From an uncultured Gemmatimonadaceae bacterium (lineage in GTDB: Bacteria; Gemmatimonadota; Gemmatimonadetes; Gemmatimonadales; Gemmatimonadaceae), in NCBI GenBank assembly GCA_963781585.1, contig CAWAGQ010000006.1, positions 256,001-320,000 on the forward strand: DNA of 64,000 nucleotides, written 5' to 3'. Every line of letters begins with the position of its first letter. The stretch's first letter is position 1. Below the pieces are notes generated by a model. The model did not search any database. It saw only the letters and a program-made list of their open reading frames with translations, and had not been told where the DNA came from. Below are positions 17,856 to 29,232 of this stretch, piece after piece. A program made the translations under genes and the position numbers.

Positions 17856-19278
17856 TCACGCCGCACCCCTGAGCCGTCGCGACGCCCATTCGAATATGAG
17901 CGCCATCACGAACAGGGCATACAGCCAACCTGGCGGAAGATAAAAGCCAGTTCCAGTTCGAGAGACGCCACCTGACGACGGTCCCAGCTTTTCGACGAGA
18001 TGGGCGAGTGGCGCCTCCTCGGTTTCGGCCGGGCGCGCCAACGGACGTTCGATGCGCGAAGGCCACGCGCGCGACCAGTGAGGCCCACCACTCGCGGTGG
18101 TTCGCCACCGCGTTCTCGCCACCGCCCATTCGCCATCGCCACGTGTCTTCATATCCGATCGCGATCACGCGGCCGTGCTCCACGCGGCGCGCCGCCACGG
18201 CTACCGCAGCCGCGCGCTCCTCGAGGGCTACGGCATCGTCCTCGAGGGCGATGGGCGTGAGCGCCAGGTCGCGGCGCGGATCGCCGGGATGTGGCGCAAA
18301 GGGCTCGACCGCCGGGACCCCGACGAGCGACTCGCCCACTCGCAGCGTCTCCATGACCCGGGCCGCCAGCACCGTGACGGATGCGACCAGCCCTCCGCCG
18401 CTGCGCACGTACGCGACGATGTCGCGTGCGCGCGCAAGCGCGGAGGTGTCGAGCGCGACGACCGCGGCGTAGGTCGCGGTGTCGATGCGGATCGGGAGGC
18501 GGCACCGGCCGGCCGACGCGCAGGAAGAATCCTGGACTACGTCTCCCCTGGGAGAGAGCGCCAGCCGAGCATCCACGCGCCACCCTCGCTCCTCCAGCGC
18601 GGCGAGGACGAACTTGCTCTCCCACCCGACGCGCGCCAGCAACAGCAGACGGCCGAGCGACAGCGCGCTCCCGGTCGCGGACCGTGCCGTCATTGGCTCT
18701 CCGCGCACGAACACCTCGTCAGGCGCCGACCGCGCGAGAAAGCGCCCGCCCGCGCCGGCGGCGGTGATCGAATCCAGCGGGCCGTATCGATCCATCAGAT
18801 GGAGGGGCGTACCCGCGGGGGCGGCCACCCACACGCCCGTTCCGCCGGCCGGATCCGCGAGCGGCTCTGCCGCGGCAGCCAGTGGGATCAGGCCGCGTCC
18901 GTCCCAGGCGACCGCAGTCCCGGTCGCGGTCAGTGCCGACAGCCAGTCGAGCCGCGACGCCTGCACCTCGCCCGTCACGCGAACGTGCACTCGCGCCGGT
19001 GCGAGTGAGGTGCTCCAGCGGCGCAGCGCGACACCCAGCGAGTCGCTGCCGGCGATCTCCGTGCGCTCCACCGCGCGCGGCCGGCCGGTCTGGACCAGCA
19101 GCCAGGCGAGGACCATCAACGCGACCCCGCGAGCGGCACGCTCCACCATGCGGCGCAGGTTGCGCGCCGCCGGGCCGACCCCCGCCTGACGAGCAGACGG
19201 CTCTGTCGCGCCGCCCCCTGCCTGACGAGCAGACCGCTCCGTCGCGCCGCCCGGTTCCCGATCAGCGGGTGAGCGCAT
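17856..19278 (-). CDS. Membrane protein with class-I GATase-like central domain; apparent +1 frameshift near 18032
   Basis: 'GWESKFVLAALEERGW', 'YVRSGGGLV', 'GRVIAIGYEDTWRWRM'; the expected C-terminal TM 'WLYALFVMALIFEWASRRLRG' lies in another frame ending at 17856. Confidence 0.7.
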
Positions 19279-19873
19279 AGACCACGATGTTGACCGCGAA
19301 CTTCGTCACGTCCTGCTCCATGAAGCGCTTGGTCTCCGGGTGCAGGTTCCACTCGGAGCTGTAGTCCTTGCTGCTGTACAGCACGTCGATGCGATCGCCG
19401 TGCATGATGCCCTGCAGGTGCTCATGGACGAGGTTGTCGCCCCATCCGTTGAGCTCGTGGCTGGTGGCCGGCGGGCCGTCGCGGAAGGTGAAGAAGCAGC
19501 GGTACAGGGGATGATCGTTCGGCACGTCGCGCAGCGCACCGAACAGCCGGGCGAGCTCGCCGGTCATGGTCTTGTGATATTCCCCATCGATGTCGTGATT
19601 GTGGTCATCGACGAAGAGGAATCCGCCCCGCGCCACGAAGCGCGACAGATGCTCCCGTTCGGCCGCGGTGAAGAAGACCGGGAGGTGACCGGTGAGGAAG
19701 ACGAACGGGTACTCGAACAGGTCGTCCGAATCGAGCCGCACGTTCACGCCCGCGGGCGACAGATCGAGCGTGGTGTACCGCGCCAGGGTGTCGATCACGC
19801 TTGCCGGGAGCAGCGCCGCGCTCTCCCAGTCGCCTGACGAGTAGATGCCGGTGGCGAACGTGAAGCGGGTCAC
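19262..19873 (-). CDS. DUF4159 domain protein
   Basis: YSSGDW, LFEYPFVFLTGH, GGFLFVDDHNHDIDG, HPLY, GPPATSHELNGWGD, SKDYSSEW, VNIVVYALT; GTG start overlaps the upstream stop (GTGA). Confidence 0.9.
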   Translation of the reverse strand: MTRFTFATGIYSSGDWESAALLPASVIDTLARYTTLDLSPAGVNVRLDSDDLFEYPFVFLTGHLPVFFTAAEREHLSRFVARGGFLFVDDHNHDIDGEYHKTMTGELARLFGALRDVPNDHPLYRCFFTFRDGPPATSHELNGWGDNLVHEHLQGIMHGDRIDVLYSSKDYSSEWNLHPETKRFMEQDVTKFAVNIVVYALTR

Positions 19874-21816
19874 GGAATCCCCCCACCCTGCCACGGGCCC
19901 AGCGCCGGTGTCGCCACGGTGGATCGTTCCAGACGGCGGCGCGCAATGCCCAGTGGCGCACCGGGATCGGCGTGGCGGCGGGCAGCATCGATGGCGCGCG
20001 CCAGCGGATCCGCGACATCGGGCGCCGCGGTGAGCGCATCCACCCGGAGCACAGTGAGCGAGTCGACCAGGGCCTGCCCGGCGAGTCCGGCCAGGCCATC
20101 GAGTCGGGCAAGGAGCGCGCGTCGCGGGTCGGCGAGCCGGTCGCGCGGCCGCCGCAGCGCCACGGTCGCCGAGTCGGTGCCCTGGAGCCGGACGGCCGGG
20201 AGATCCACCGTCTCGGGCGGCAGGACGCCGCGCAGATACAGGCGACGTGCCTGACGAGCCTGCTCGAGGAATCGCAGCGCGCGTCGCATTGGCGGCAGCG
20301 CCGTTTCCACATGCGCGATCCGGAGCTCGGTCTCGGCGTCGCGCATGGCGTCCGACGCCTGGTGCAACAGGGTCGAAATCTCCGTGCGCCCGACGAACCC
20401 CACGGTCTGGATGTTCTCGAGGTCGGAGATGACCGACTCCACCCGGGTGCGGAGCGCCGCCTGCCTGCCACCGAGCTGCACCGACTGCCGCGTGAAGGAG
20501 TCGGCGACGAGCCGCGGCTTCCGCGTGAGCAGCGTCTCGGCGCGCACGATCAGCATCCGCTGACTGAGTGCGGTGGTGTCGAGCGGAGCCGCCTGTGAGG
20601 GATTGATGCGGATGGTATCGCGCGCGCCCGGGTCGTCGATCCTGAGAGTGCGGGTGTCGGACCATCCCGTGTCGGGGCCGGTGACGTCGTTCGCGTCCAT
20701 CGCCATCGCCCGCACGTGCACCACGTCGCCCGGGCCGAGCCGCAGCGTGTCGAGCCGCACGGTCACGCGGATGGCGGCCGAGCGGGCGTTCCCTGGTGAT
20801 GTCGCGGCGACGATCCAGCGGCGGGTGGTGAATCGCTCGCCGCCGCCTGACGAGTGGCGGAACTCAAACCAGGCGGCGGCCAGTCCGATGTCGTCCTCGG
20901 CCTTCGCCTGGAACACGACCTGGCCACGCGGCAAGCGATACGTCGAATCTCGCGCCGGGACTTCCAGCGTGACTCGCGGCGCGAGGTCGGCGCCGGGCTC
21001 CAGCGCGAGCAGGCGGTCGAATCCGCGATCCGCGAGTCTCACGATGGCCGGGCGGGACGGCATCGTCACGTCCACCCGCCAGGTGTCGCCGACCGCGGTG
21101 ACGGGCAGCGTGTCTCCACCCATGCCGGCCGACACCCGCGGAAGTGAATCGCCCGCCCCACGCCCCAGAATCTCGACGCGACTCCCCGGCAGCGCGGAAA
21201 CCGAGATGGGATCGTCCAGCGCGAACGAACTCTGGTGCGCGTACGCGGGCGGGTTCACCCGCGCGACAATCGGGACGAGACGGCTCGCGCGCACCGGACG
21301 GGCGCCGGGGCGCGCGAGTACATCGCCGGCGCGCGGGTTCAGCACGCGCTGTCGTGTGGCGGCCGGGACGGTGAACATCGCGAGCACGAGCGTCAGAAAC
21401 ACGCCGGCCGCCAGGCTCAATGCGCGGCGCACGGGCGCGCGCAGAACACCCTCGGGGTACCGCTGCGCCACGACCCGATCGAGCGCGGCCTGTCGGGACG
21501 GCGTTTCGGCGTCGATCGCGGTGGCGAGCGCGAACTGCAGCGCCGGCGCGCGTTCCTCGATGAAGAGGGCCACGCGGGGCAGGGCACGCGCGCGCCGTCC
21601 GCGCCAGACCACCGCGACTGCCGCCGCGAGAGCCACGGTCACCGCGAGAGGTGTAACGAACTGCCGCACGCCCAGCGGCAAGCCGACCACGAGATCGGCG
21701 GCGGACGCGAACAGCGCAACGAGGTGGTAGCCGGCTCCGGCCCACAGCACCGCCGCCACCGCGATGGTGACGAGCAGTATCACGCGCGCCCGGCGCACCC
21801 GCTCCAGCGCGGTCAT
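19870..21816 (-). CDS. Membrane-anchored protein with Ig-like and helical domains (DUF4175-like)
   Basis: N-terminal TMs, 'AEDDIGL', 'LGPGDVVHVRAMAMDAN', 'SQRMLIVRAETL', 'ALPPMRRALRFL..ARRLYLRG'; ATGA overlap with the upstream gene. Confidence 0.7.
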   Translation of the reverse strand: MTALERVRRARVILLVTIAVAAVLWAGAGYHLVALFASAADLVVGLPLGVRQFVTPLAVTVALAAAVAVVWRGRRARALPRVALFIEERAPALQFALATAIDAETPSRQAALDRVVAQRYPEGVLRAPVRRALSLAAGVFLTLVLAMFTVPAATRQRVLNPRAGDVLARPGARPVRASRLVPIVARVNPPAYAHQSSFALDDPISVSALPGSRVEILGRGAGDSLPRVSAGMGGDTLPVTAVGDTWRVDVTMPSRPAIVRLADRGFDRLLALEPGADLAPRVTLEVPARDSTYRLPRGQVVFQAKAEDDIGLAAAWFEFRHSSGGGERFTTRRWIVAATSPGNARSAAIRVTVRLDTLRLGPGDVVHVRAMAMDANDVTGPDTGWSDTRTLRIDDPGARDTIRINPSQAAPLDTTALSQRMLIVRAETLLTRKPRLVADSFTRQSVQLGGRQAALRTRVESVISDLENIQTVGFVGRTEISTLLHQASDAMRDAETELRIAHVETALPPMRRALRFLEQARQARRLYLRGVLPPETVDLPAVRLQGTDSATVALRRPRDRLADPRRALLARLDGLAGLAGQALVDSLTVLRVDALTAAPDVADPLARAIDAARRHADPGAPLGIARRRLERSTVATPALGPWQGGGIP

Positions 21817-23204
21817 CCGCCGGGCCCGCGCCTGACGCGCCGGCGTACGAGCCACTCGCCAAGCGCGAACAGCACCGCCAGGGCCAGGAACCATTTCGCA
21901 AGCGGCGACGACGTGGTCCGGGTGGGGACAATGTCGGCCGCGGCAACCGGGTATCCGTGGGGCTGGCCGGTAAGCGAGGCCACCTGTGCTTCGTCGATTG
22001 GCGTGAAGTCGGGCGTGTCGCGGCAGGGCGCCAGCAACGCCTCGACCAGTCGCGCGAAGCGCGGCTGGAGCACCAGGTCTCCTCTCGCGGTAACGGGGAT
22101 GGTCACCGTCCTGATGCAGCCCGCGCCGATGGTGTCATCGACCGCGGCGGGGGTTCCGTCCACCCAGCGTGCCACCACGTGTTGATTCGCCGATTCCTGC
22201 GCATCGCGAAGGGCCAGCCGGCGGACGAACGGAGCGACGACCACGGCGTCGCCGGCCACCACCGCGCCGGTCGTGTCGGGCACGGGGCGCGGGGCCCACG
22301 CGCCCGACACGACCGGCGCCGAACCGGCCTGCGCCGGCCAGTACACGAGCAGCCGCCCGCCCGACCGCACCCACGCGGAATCGGCTGCGCCTAACGAACC
22401 ACGCACCAGCCGGATCGTGCCGCCCGATTCCGCGCCGGTCGGCCCGGGCGGCACCCGACCGGCGGGGCGCGCGCCGGCGGCCGCACCCAGCGGCGCCGCG
22501 ACCTCCGGGATACGCGCCGGCAGCGCCATCCGCAGCGGATCGTCGGTGTCGGCGTCGACCACCGGGGCGGCTGCGGCCGGTGCGGGCGTGCGGCCGGACA
22601 CCCGCACCAGCCGCAGCCGCCCCGGCCACAGCGCGCGAATGGAGTCGGTGGCCCGATCCAGCTCTTCGGCCGCCAGCGGCGAGACCAGGGCGATCTCCAC
22701 CGAGTCGGCGGCGTTCCGCAGGGACGAGGCCACGCGGAGCGACGCGATCAGCGCGGCCGACAGCCGCCCCCGGCGCGGCCCGACCGCGAAGCCGCCTAAC
22801 GACGACTGGTCGGCGGGCACCACCGTCGCCGAGGAGTCGAACAACACCAGGCCGTCGCCCGAACCAAGCAGCGCGCGGGCGGAGTCCACCACCTCCCCGG
22901 CCCGACCCACCGCCCGCGACCGGTCGAGCACCAGCACCCGCGCCATCGCGCGGCGCGGCGGACGAACCACGGGACCGGCGAGCGCCACACCCACCGCCGC
23001 CACCAACCCCACCCGCAGGAACAGCAGCAGCAGGTCCTCCAGCCTGAGCGCCCGCGCCCTCGCCAGCGGCGGCCGATCAGGGGCGAATCGCGCCGTGGGA
23101 AACGGCAGCGCCCGCGGATCGCGCGTGACGATGAAGTGCAGCGCGACGACCACGACCGCACCGGCTGCCGCGCCCAGCAGGTACAACGGGGCCAGAAAGG
23201 TCAT
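21813..23204 (-). CDS. BatA (N-terminal double-TM) domain protein with degenerate vWA-like region
   Basis: MTFLAPLYLLG...LHF...FPTARF...LLLLFLR...ALAGP; 'LVLDRSRAV'; C-terminal 'LFALGEWLVRRR'. Confidence 0.85.
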   Translation of the reverse strand: MTFLAPLYLLGAAAGAVVVVALHFIVTRDPRALPFPTARFAPDRPPLARARALRLEDLLLLFLRVGLVAAVGVALAGPVVRPPRRAMARVLVLDRSRAVGRAGEVVDSARALLGSGDGLVLFDSSATVVPADQSSLGGFAVGPRRGRLSAALIASLRVASSLRNAADSVEIALVSPLAAEELDRATDSIRALWPGRLRLVRVSGRTPAPAAAAPVVDADTDDPLRMALPARIPEVAAPLGAAAGARPAGRVPPGPTGAESGGTIRLVRGSLGAADSAWVRSGGRLLVYWPAQAGSAPVVSGAWAPRPVPDTTGAVVAGDAVVVAPFVRRLALRDAQESANQHVVARWVDGTPAAVDDTIGAGCIRTVTIPVTARGDLVLQPRFARLVEALLAPCRDTPDFTPIDEAQVASLTGQPHGYPVAAADIVPTRTTSSPLAKWFLALAVLFALGEWLVRRRVRRGPGG

Positions 23205-23225
23205 GCCGGAAACGCAGGATGGAGT

Positions 23226-24107
23226 TCAGAGGGCATGGATCGGAGGTCGGCGGTCCGGCCCGGCCACGATGCGCCGTACGGCCCGGTGCGCGGGTTCTCC
23301 CGTCGTCACCAGGTGATACGACGCCCCGGCCCCGCGCCACTGCGAGGCCAGCGACTCCCGCCATGCAGCAAACGCGACTCGATAGGCATCGAGATCCGGT
23401 GCGGCGAGCGGCCGCCGGACCGAGGGATTCTCGGGATCGACAACCATCCCCATCGGCACCGGATCCAGCTCCTCGGCGGCCACCACGTGCACCGCGTACA
23501 CCTCGCGTTCCGCGGCGGCGAGCTCACGCACCTGCGCAACGAGCGCCTCGGCATCCCCCAGAAAGTCGCTCACGATCGCGATGCGCCGGCTCGATCGCAT
23601 TGTCGCCACCAGCGGCGCCAGTGGCGCGACGCCGGCTGGCGTGGTCTCCACCAGGAGTCGCAGCGCGGCCGCCAACGTGCCGCGACGGGTCCGCGGCGGG
23701 AGGGCGCGCCCGTCCGGCTCGCCGGCGATCGCCAGTCCCACCGGGTCGCCGTCACCCAGAGCAACTGCACACAGGCCGAGCGAGAGCGCGGCCGCGGTCT
23801 CCCACTTGGCGCGCGTATTCCCGGGAAACGCCATCGACGCGCTGGCATCCGCAACCACCGTGGTGCGTACCGTCGAGTCGTCGTGCGCCAGCCTGATCGC
23901 CACCCGCTCGCTGCGCGCGAACAGGCGCCAGTCGATCTTGGCCGGATCGTCGCCCTGCTGATACGCGCGGTAGTCCATGAATTCCGGCGACGCCCCGGCG
24001 CGCCGGGAGCGATGGGCGCCGTGCTGCGCACTGCTCGTCAGGCGGCGTGATGGCCAGTGCACCCCGCGAACGGCGTCGAGCAGGGCGCCGCTGGTCAACG
24101 CCTGCAC
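23226..24107 (-). CDS. DUF58 domain protein (MoxR partner)
   Basis: GAHRSRRAGASPEFMDYRAYQQGDDPAKIDWRLFARS; DASASM; VSDFL. Confidence 0.93.
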   Translation of the reverse strand: MQALTSGALLDAVRGVHWPSRRLTSSAQHGAHRSRRAGASPEFMDYRAYQQGDDPAKIDWRLFARSERVAIRLAHDDSTVRTTVVADASASMAFPGNTRAKWETAAALSLGLCAVALGDGDPVGLAIAGEPDGRALPPRTRRGTLAAALRLLVETTPAGVAPLAPLVATMRSSRRIAIVSDFLGDAEALVAQVRELAAAEREVYAVHVVAAEELDPVPMGMVVDPENPSVRRPLAAPDLDAYRVAFAAWRESLASQWRGAGASYHLVTTGEPAHRAVRRIVAGPDRRPPIHAL

Positions 24108-24109
24108 CG

Positions 24110-25153
<1,044 letters not shown>

Positions 25154-25218
25154 GGCTGCTCCACGGATTTCCAGGCTCAAATCCCCCTGAAAGTTGCGAA
25201 GGGGTCTGGGGAAACTAC

Positions 25219-25309
25219 AGGCCAAAGGCCAAAGGTCACAGGTCAAAGGCCGAAGGCCACAGGTCAAAGGCCGAAGGCCACAGGTCAAAGGCCACAGGTC
25301 AAAGGCCGG
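25219..25309. repeat. 7-bp tandem array, 13 units of AGGYCRV
   Basis: aggccaa aggccaa aggtcac aggtcaa aggccga aggccac aggtcaa aggccga aggccac aggtcaa aggccac aggtcaa aggccgg. Confidence 0.92.
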
Positions 25310-25346
25310 AGCCGTTTGATCTGCGATGTTCGCGGTCGTAGGTTCG

Positions 25347-25447
25347 AGGTCAGTGATCAGCGAGCAGTGGTCAGCGAGTTATCACCATCAGCGGTCAGCT
25401 CTCAGGCATCGGCGGTCAGCCATGGGCTGTGAGCTATCAGCTATGGA
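25347..25447. repeat. Degenerate 7-bp array (NNNNCAG type)
   Basis: aggtcag tgatcag cgagcag tggtcag ... ccatcag cggtcag ctctcag gcatcgg cggtcag ccatggg ctgtgag ctatcag. Confidence 0.7.
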
Positions 25448-25489
25448 CCATGACGCACTCGCCATGAGTTCTTCTCTCGGAGCCGAGCA

Positions 25490-27562
25490 GTGACTACTTC
25501 CAATCCCGTTCGCCGTTCCCGTCGGTTCCTTTCCGCGACCGCCCTGGTTGCGCTGAGCGCCCACGGCGCCCTCGCCCAGCGGTCGAGCGCCGCGAGTCCG
25601 GCCACGCCGGCGCCGGCGAAGCGCGCTCTCAAGGTCGACGACATGTTCCAGCTGCGAGCGGTGCGGGACATCCACTTCTCGCCCGACGGCGACTGGGTGG
25701 CGTATGTGGTCTCGGCGCCCGACTCGACGCGCGACCGCGGCAACTCCGACATCTATATGACGCGGTGGGACGGCACCAGGACCATGCAGCTCACCTACAC
25801 GCCTCAGGGCGAGAGCGCGCCGCGGTTCAGTCCCGACGGGAAGTTCCTCTCGTTCGTTGCCTCACGCGGCGACGCACGCTCGAGCTCACAGGTCTGGCTG
25901 CTCGATCGGGCCGGCGGCGAGGCGCAGAAGCTGACCGATCTCAAGGGCGGCGTGTCGAGCTACGAGTGGTCGCCTGACAGCAAGCGCATCCTGATCGTGT
26001 CGCAGGATCCCGACACGTCCGAGTCGGACCAGGCGGCGGATTCGTCGAAGAAGAAGACGCCCGCTCCGATCGTACTCGATCGCTACCACTTCAAGCAGGA
26101 TGTTCAGGGATACCTCGGCAATCGTCGCGCTCATCTGTACCTGTTCGACGTCGCGGCGAAGGCGACCGAGCAGCTCACCAGGGGCCGGTTCGACGAGTCG
26201 AACCCCGCGTGGTCGCCCGACGGAAAGATGATCGCCTTCGTCAGCGAGCGCGGTGCCGATCCCGACCGGACGAACGACTCCAACATCTATGTGATGGAAG
26301 CGCGGGCGGGAGCGCCCGCCAAGGCGCTCACCACCTGGACCGGCCCCGACGGCGGCCGGCCGGCATGGTCCCCCGACGGGAAGTGGATCGCGTACACCCA
26401 GGGGAGCGAGCCGAAGTACTGGCAGTACAGCCAGGAGAAGCTCGCGGTGGTGTCGGTGGACGGTGGCGAGCCCAGGGTCCTGACCGCCTCGCTGGACCGC
26501 TCGGTCAGCGATCCGACCTGGACGAAGGACGGGACCGCGATTCTCTGTCTGGTCTCCGACGATCGGAGTGTCTATCTGGCCCGCGTGAACGTAGCCGACG
26601 GCGTGGTGACCCGGCTGCTCACGGGGAAGCGGGTCGTCTCGGACCTGGCGGTCTCGGCCAACGAGCGGATGGCGGTGGTCAGCGGGACGGACGAGAAGCC
26701 TAACGAGGTGTACGCGCTGGAGCGGGGCTCCCTCCGCGCCCTCACCCACGAGAACGACGGCTGGCTGGCCGACGTGAACCTGGGGGCGGTCGAGGAATTC
26801 AGCGCGAAGACGAAGGACGGCACCGAGGTCCACGGGCTGCTGGAGAAGCCTGCGACCTGGAAGGCGGGCACCCGCTATCCGACGCTGCTGCGCATTCACG
26901 GCGGACCCGGCAGCCAGGACCAGCACGCGTTCAACTTCGAGCGCGAGTTGTTCGCCGCCAATGGCTACGCGGTGCTGAACGTGAACTATCGCGGCAGCGA
27001 GGGCCGGGGCGCCGACTACCAGAAGGCCATCTTCGCCGACTGGGGCAACAAGGAGGTGGAGGACCTGCTCACGGCCGTGGACTACGCGGTCTCGTCCGGC
27101 GTGGCGGACTCGACGCGGCTCGGCGTCGGTGGATGGAGCTACGGCGGCATTCTCACCGACTATCTCATCGCGTCTACCACGCGCTTTCGCGCCGCCACCA
27201 GTGGAGCCGGCGTGGGGAACGTCGCCTCCCTGTACGGCGTGGACGAATACGTCTTCCAGTACGACAACGAGCTCGGTCCACCCTGGAAGAACCAGGATGT
27301 GTACCTGAAACTGGCCTACCCGTTCTGGCACGCCGACCGCATCAGGACGCCGACCCTCTTCCTGGGTGGCGAGAAGGACTTCAACGTGCCACTGGTGGGC
27401 GGGGAGCAGATGTATCAGGCGCTGAAGAGCCTCGGGGTCGACACGGAGCTCATCGTCTATCCGAACTCGTTCCACGGAATCACGACGCCGAGCTACGTGA
27501 AGGATCGCTACGAGCGCTACCTGGCCTGGTACGCGAAGCACCTGCGTCCGGTCCAGCCGTAG
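25490..27562 (+). CDS. S9 family peptidase (acylaminoacyl/dipeptidyl peptidase) with PD40 propeller
   Basis: Signal peptide, multiple WSPDG repeats, IHGGP, NYRGS, GWSYGG nucleophile elbow, D(FNVP) and H(G) triad residues. Confidence 0.95.
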   Translation: MTTSNPVRRSRRFLSATALVALSAHGALAQRSSAASPATPAPAKRALKVDDMFQLRAVRDIHFSPDGDWVAYVVSAPDSTRDRGNSDIYMTRWDGTRTMQLTYTPQGESAPRFSPDGKFLSFVASRGDARSSSQVWLLDRAGGEAQKLTDLKGGVSSYEWSPDSKRILIVSQDPDTSESDQAADSSKKKTPAPIVLDRYHFKQDVQGYLGNRRAHLYLFDVAAKATEQLTRGRFDESNPAWSPDGKMIAFVSERGADPDRTNDSNIYVMEARAGAPAKALTTWTGPDGGRPAWSPDGKWIAYTQGSEPKYWQYSQEKLAVVSVDGGEPRVLTASLDRSVSDPTWTKDGTAILCLVSDDRSVYLARVNVADGVVTRLLTGKRVVSDLAVSANERMAVVSGTDEKPNEVYALERGSLRALTHENDGWLADVNLGAVEEFSAKTKDGTEVHGLLEKPATWKAGTRYPTLLRIHGGPGSQDQHAFNFERELFAANGYAVLNVNYRGSEGRGADYQKAIFADWGNKEVEDLLTAVDYAVSSGVADSTRLGVGGWSYGGILTDYLIASTTRFRAATSGAGVGNVASLYGVDEYVFQYDNELGPPWKNQDVYLKLAYPFWHADRIRTPTLFLGGEKDFNVPLVGGEQMYQALKSLGVDTELIVYPNSFHGITTPSYVKDRYERYLAWYAKHLRPVQP

Positions 27563-27572
27563 GGCACGCTGC

Positions 27573-28670
27573 CTATCGCGGCATCGGGCAGGTGATCAGG
27601 CGTATCGGCTCGCTGCCTCCCTCGCTCGTGAGGAGCAGTCTGCCTGACGAGTCCAGCCAGGTGACTCCCTCGCCCTGCCGCTCGTGCAGCCGGGCAATGT
27701 TGCACCTGCTCGCGACCGGGGTGCGAAGGATTCGTCCGGTGGCCGAATCGACCGGATAGACGAAGACCTGGCCATATGTCCGGACCGCGAGGGCGTGCGC
27801 GTCAGGCGACAGCGCCGCGTCGGTGACGTAGCGCAGCGGCGCCGACCCGGGAACCAGGGGGAGGGAATCGACCAGCGTGGCCAACGTTACCGTGCCCGGC
27901 GTGTCCCAGGCTTCCGGCGCGATCCGGAAGACCAGCGCGGGACGGAGGTGGCCGGAGGGATCGAAGCGCGGCCGCTTGGTGATGAGCCAGATCGCGCCGT
28001 CAGGCGTGACGTACATCGCTTCCACGTCGTGCGGGCCGTCGGTGTAGTGCAATCCGATGCGCTCCGCGGTCAGCGCGCCCAGGTAGCCGGATTGCTCCGC
28101 CAACGGCTCTCTCACGCGGTACAGGGATGGCTGGTCGCGAATCTCGGAGTTGTCGCCGGTATCGCCGATGTACACGCAGTGGGGCGGTGGTGGCACCGCC
28201 GGCCGCGGCGCACCACCCGTAGACCCGGCCGGGTCGCGGGCCGGAGGCGGTGGGGCCGGGGTCTCACCGGAACACGGTCCGAGCGACGCGTTCTCCCAAT
28301 CGTTGTTCACCGCATTGGTCACGCGCCAGGCGCCACGGCCCGCGCCCGTCGTGTCGAACGCGTAGAGGATCGGCTCGTTCCCGGAATCGTTGATCGTGAA
28401 GATGACGCCGGGCTGGGTGGCGCTGGCGGCTGCCGCCGAATTCTCGGTGAGATCGCGCGACGCGTGCAGAGGGACGATCGACACGGCACCCGGTTCGACT
28501 TCTGTCGCGTCGGTCGCAGCCGCCCCGGATCGACCGTCACCTCCGCCGTTCAGGTCGCAGGCGGCCAGCCACGTCAGCGCCACGACGGTCACCACGTCGC
28601 GCAGGAGTCGTGGCAGTCGCGCCCGGTGCGGGGTGGGGCCGTCACCGCGAATGGATCGGCGTGAAGTCAC
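27573..28670 (-). CDS. Hypothetical lipoprotein, beta-propeller (phytase/SdiA-regulated-like)
   Basis: Lipobox LAAC; ENS, TINDSGN, DWE, YIGDTGDN, DVEA, TDAALSPD, VRTY, QGEGV motifs. Confidence 0.7.
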   Translation of the reverse strand: MTSRRSIRGDGPTPHRARLPRLLRDVVTVVALTWLAACDLNGGGDGRSGAAATDATEVEPGAVSIVPLHASRDLTENSAAAASATQPGVIFTINDSGNEPILYAFDTTGAGRGAWRVTNAVNNDWENASLGPCSGETPAPPPPARDPAGSTGGAPRPAVPPPPHCVYIGDTGDNSEIRDQPSLYRVREPLAEQSGYLGALTAERIGLHYTDGPHDVEAMYVTPDGAIWLITKRPRFDPSGHLRPALVFRIAPEAWDTPGTVTLATLVDSLPLVPGSAPLRYVTDAALSPDAHALAVRTYGQVFVYPVDSATGRILRTPVASRCNIARLHERQGEGVTWLDSSGRLLLTSEGGSEPIRLITCPMPR

Positions 28671-29232
28671 AGGCTCAATACACCGGTGGTCCGGTCGCGA
28701 TGAGGCGTCGAGACGTCATGTCGACGTCACCCGGGCGACAGGGCCGCGTTCGTCCCGCCCCAGGAGACTGAACGGTAGTCACCAGGCGCTTGCGCTCGCC
28801 AGCGGATGTTCACCCGAACGCGCTCAGGCTCCCACGACAGCTGCGGTCGCCGCCGGGTGCAGGTCGTGCCGGCGTGTCCCGGGTATTGTCGTCGCGGCCG
28901 GTTGCCGTCGGGCGTCAGGGCCGGCGGCATCGACCTGCGGTCGAGTCCGCCTAACGCCCGCCATGGCTGAGCGCGCCTAACGAACAATCAGCCGCCGAGC
29001 TGTGATCTGGACGGAACTGTCGCGCGCGCACGCCGGGTATACAACGAATCGGAGCTCGCGCTCAGGCCAGCCGCTCGCGCGGCGCACAGACCGGCCACGC
29101 ACCGTCAGCAGACGGCGACACCGTGAAGGCGAACGTGGCACCAATCCAGTGGGGGAATCCAGTCGGTCTCACGCTCCGACTGACGCCTGTGAGAACGACC
29201 CGGATACGTCGTCAAGGTGGAGGATGCAACTC

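Noticed and set aside
25219..25309. N-terminal LTCGLRP repeats of MoxR in the ORF track
   Set aside because: Translation of an intergenic heptamer array; the real start is ATG 25153.
28671..29232. Long intergenic region with a small hairpin (CAGTCGG..CCGACTG) as ncRNA, or sigma54 promoter
   Set aside because: No recognisable RNA family, and TGGCAC is not followed by the -12 TGC at the correct spacing.
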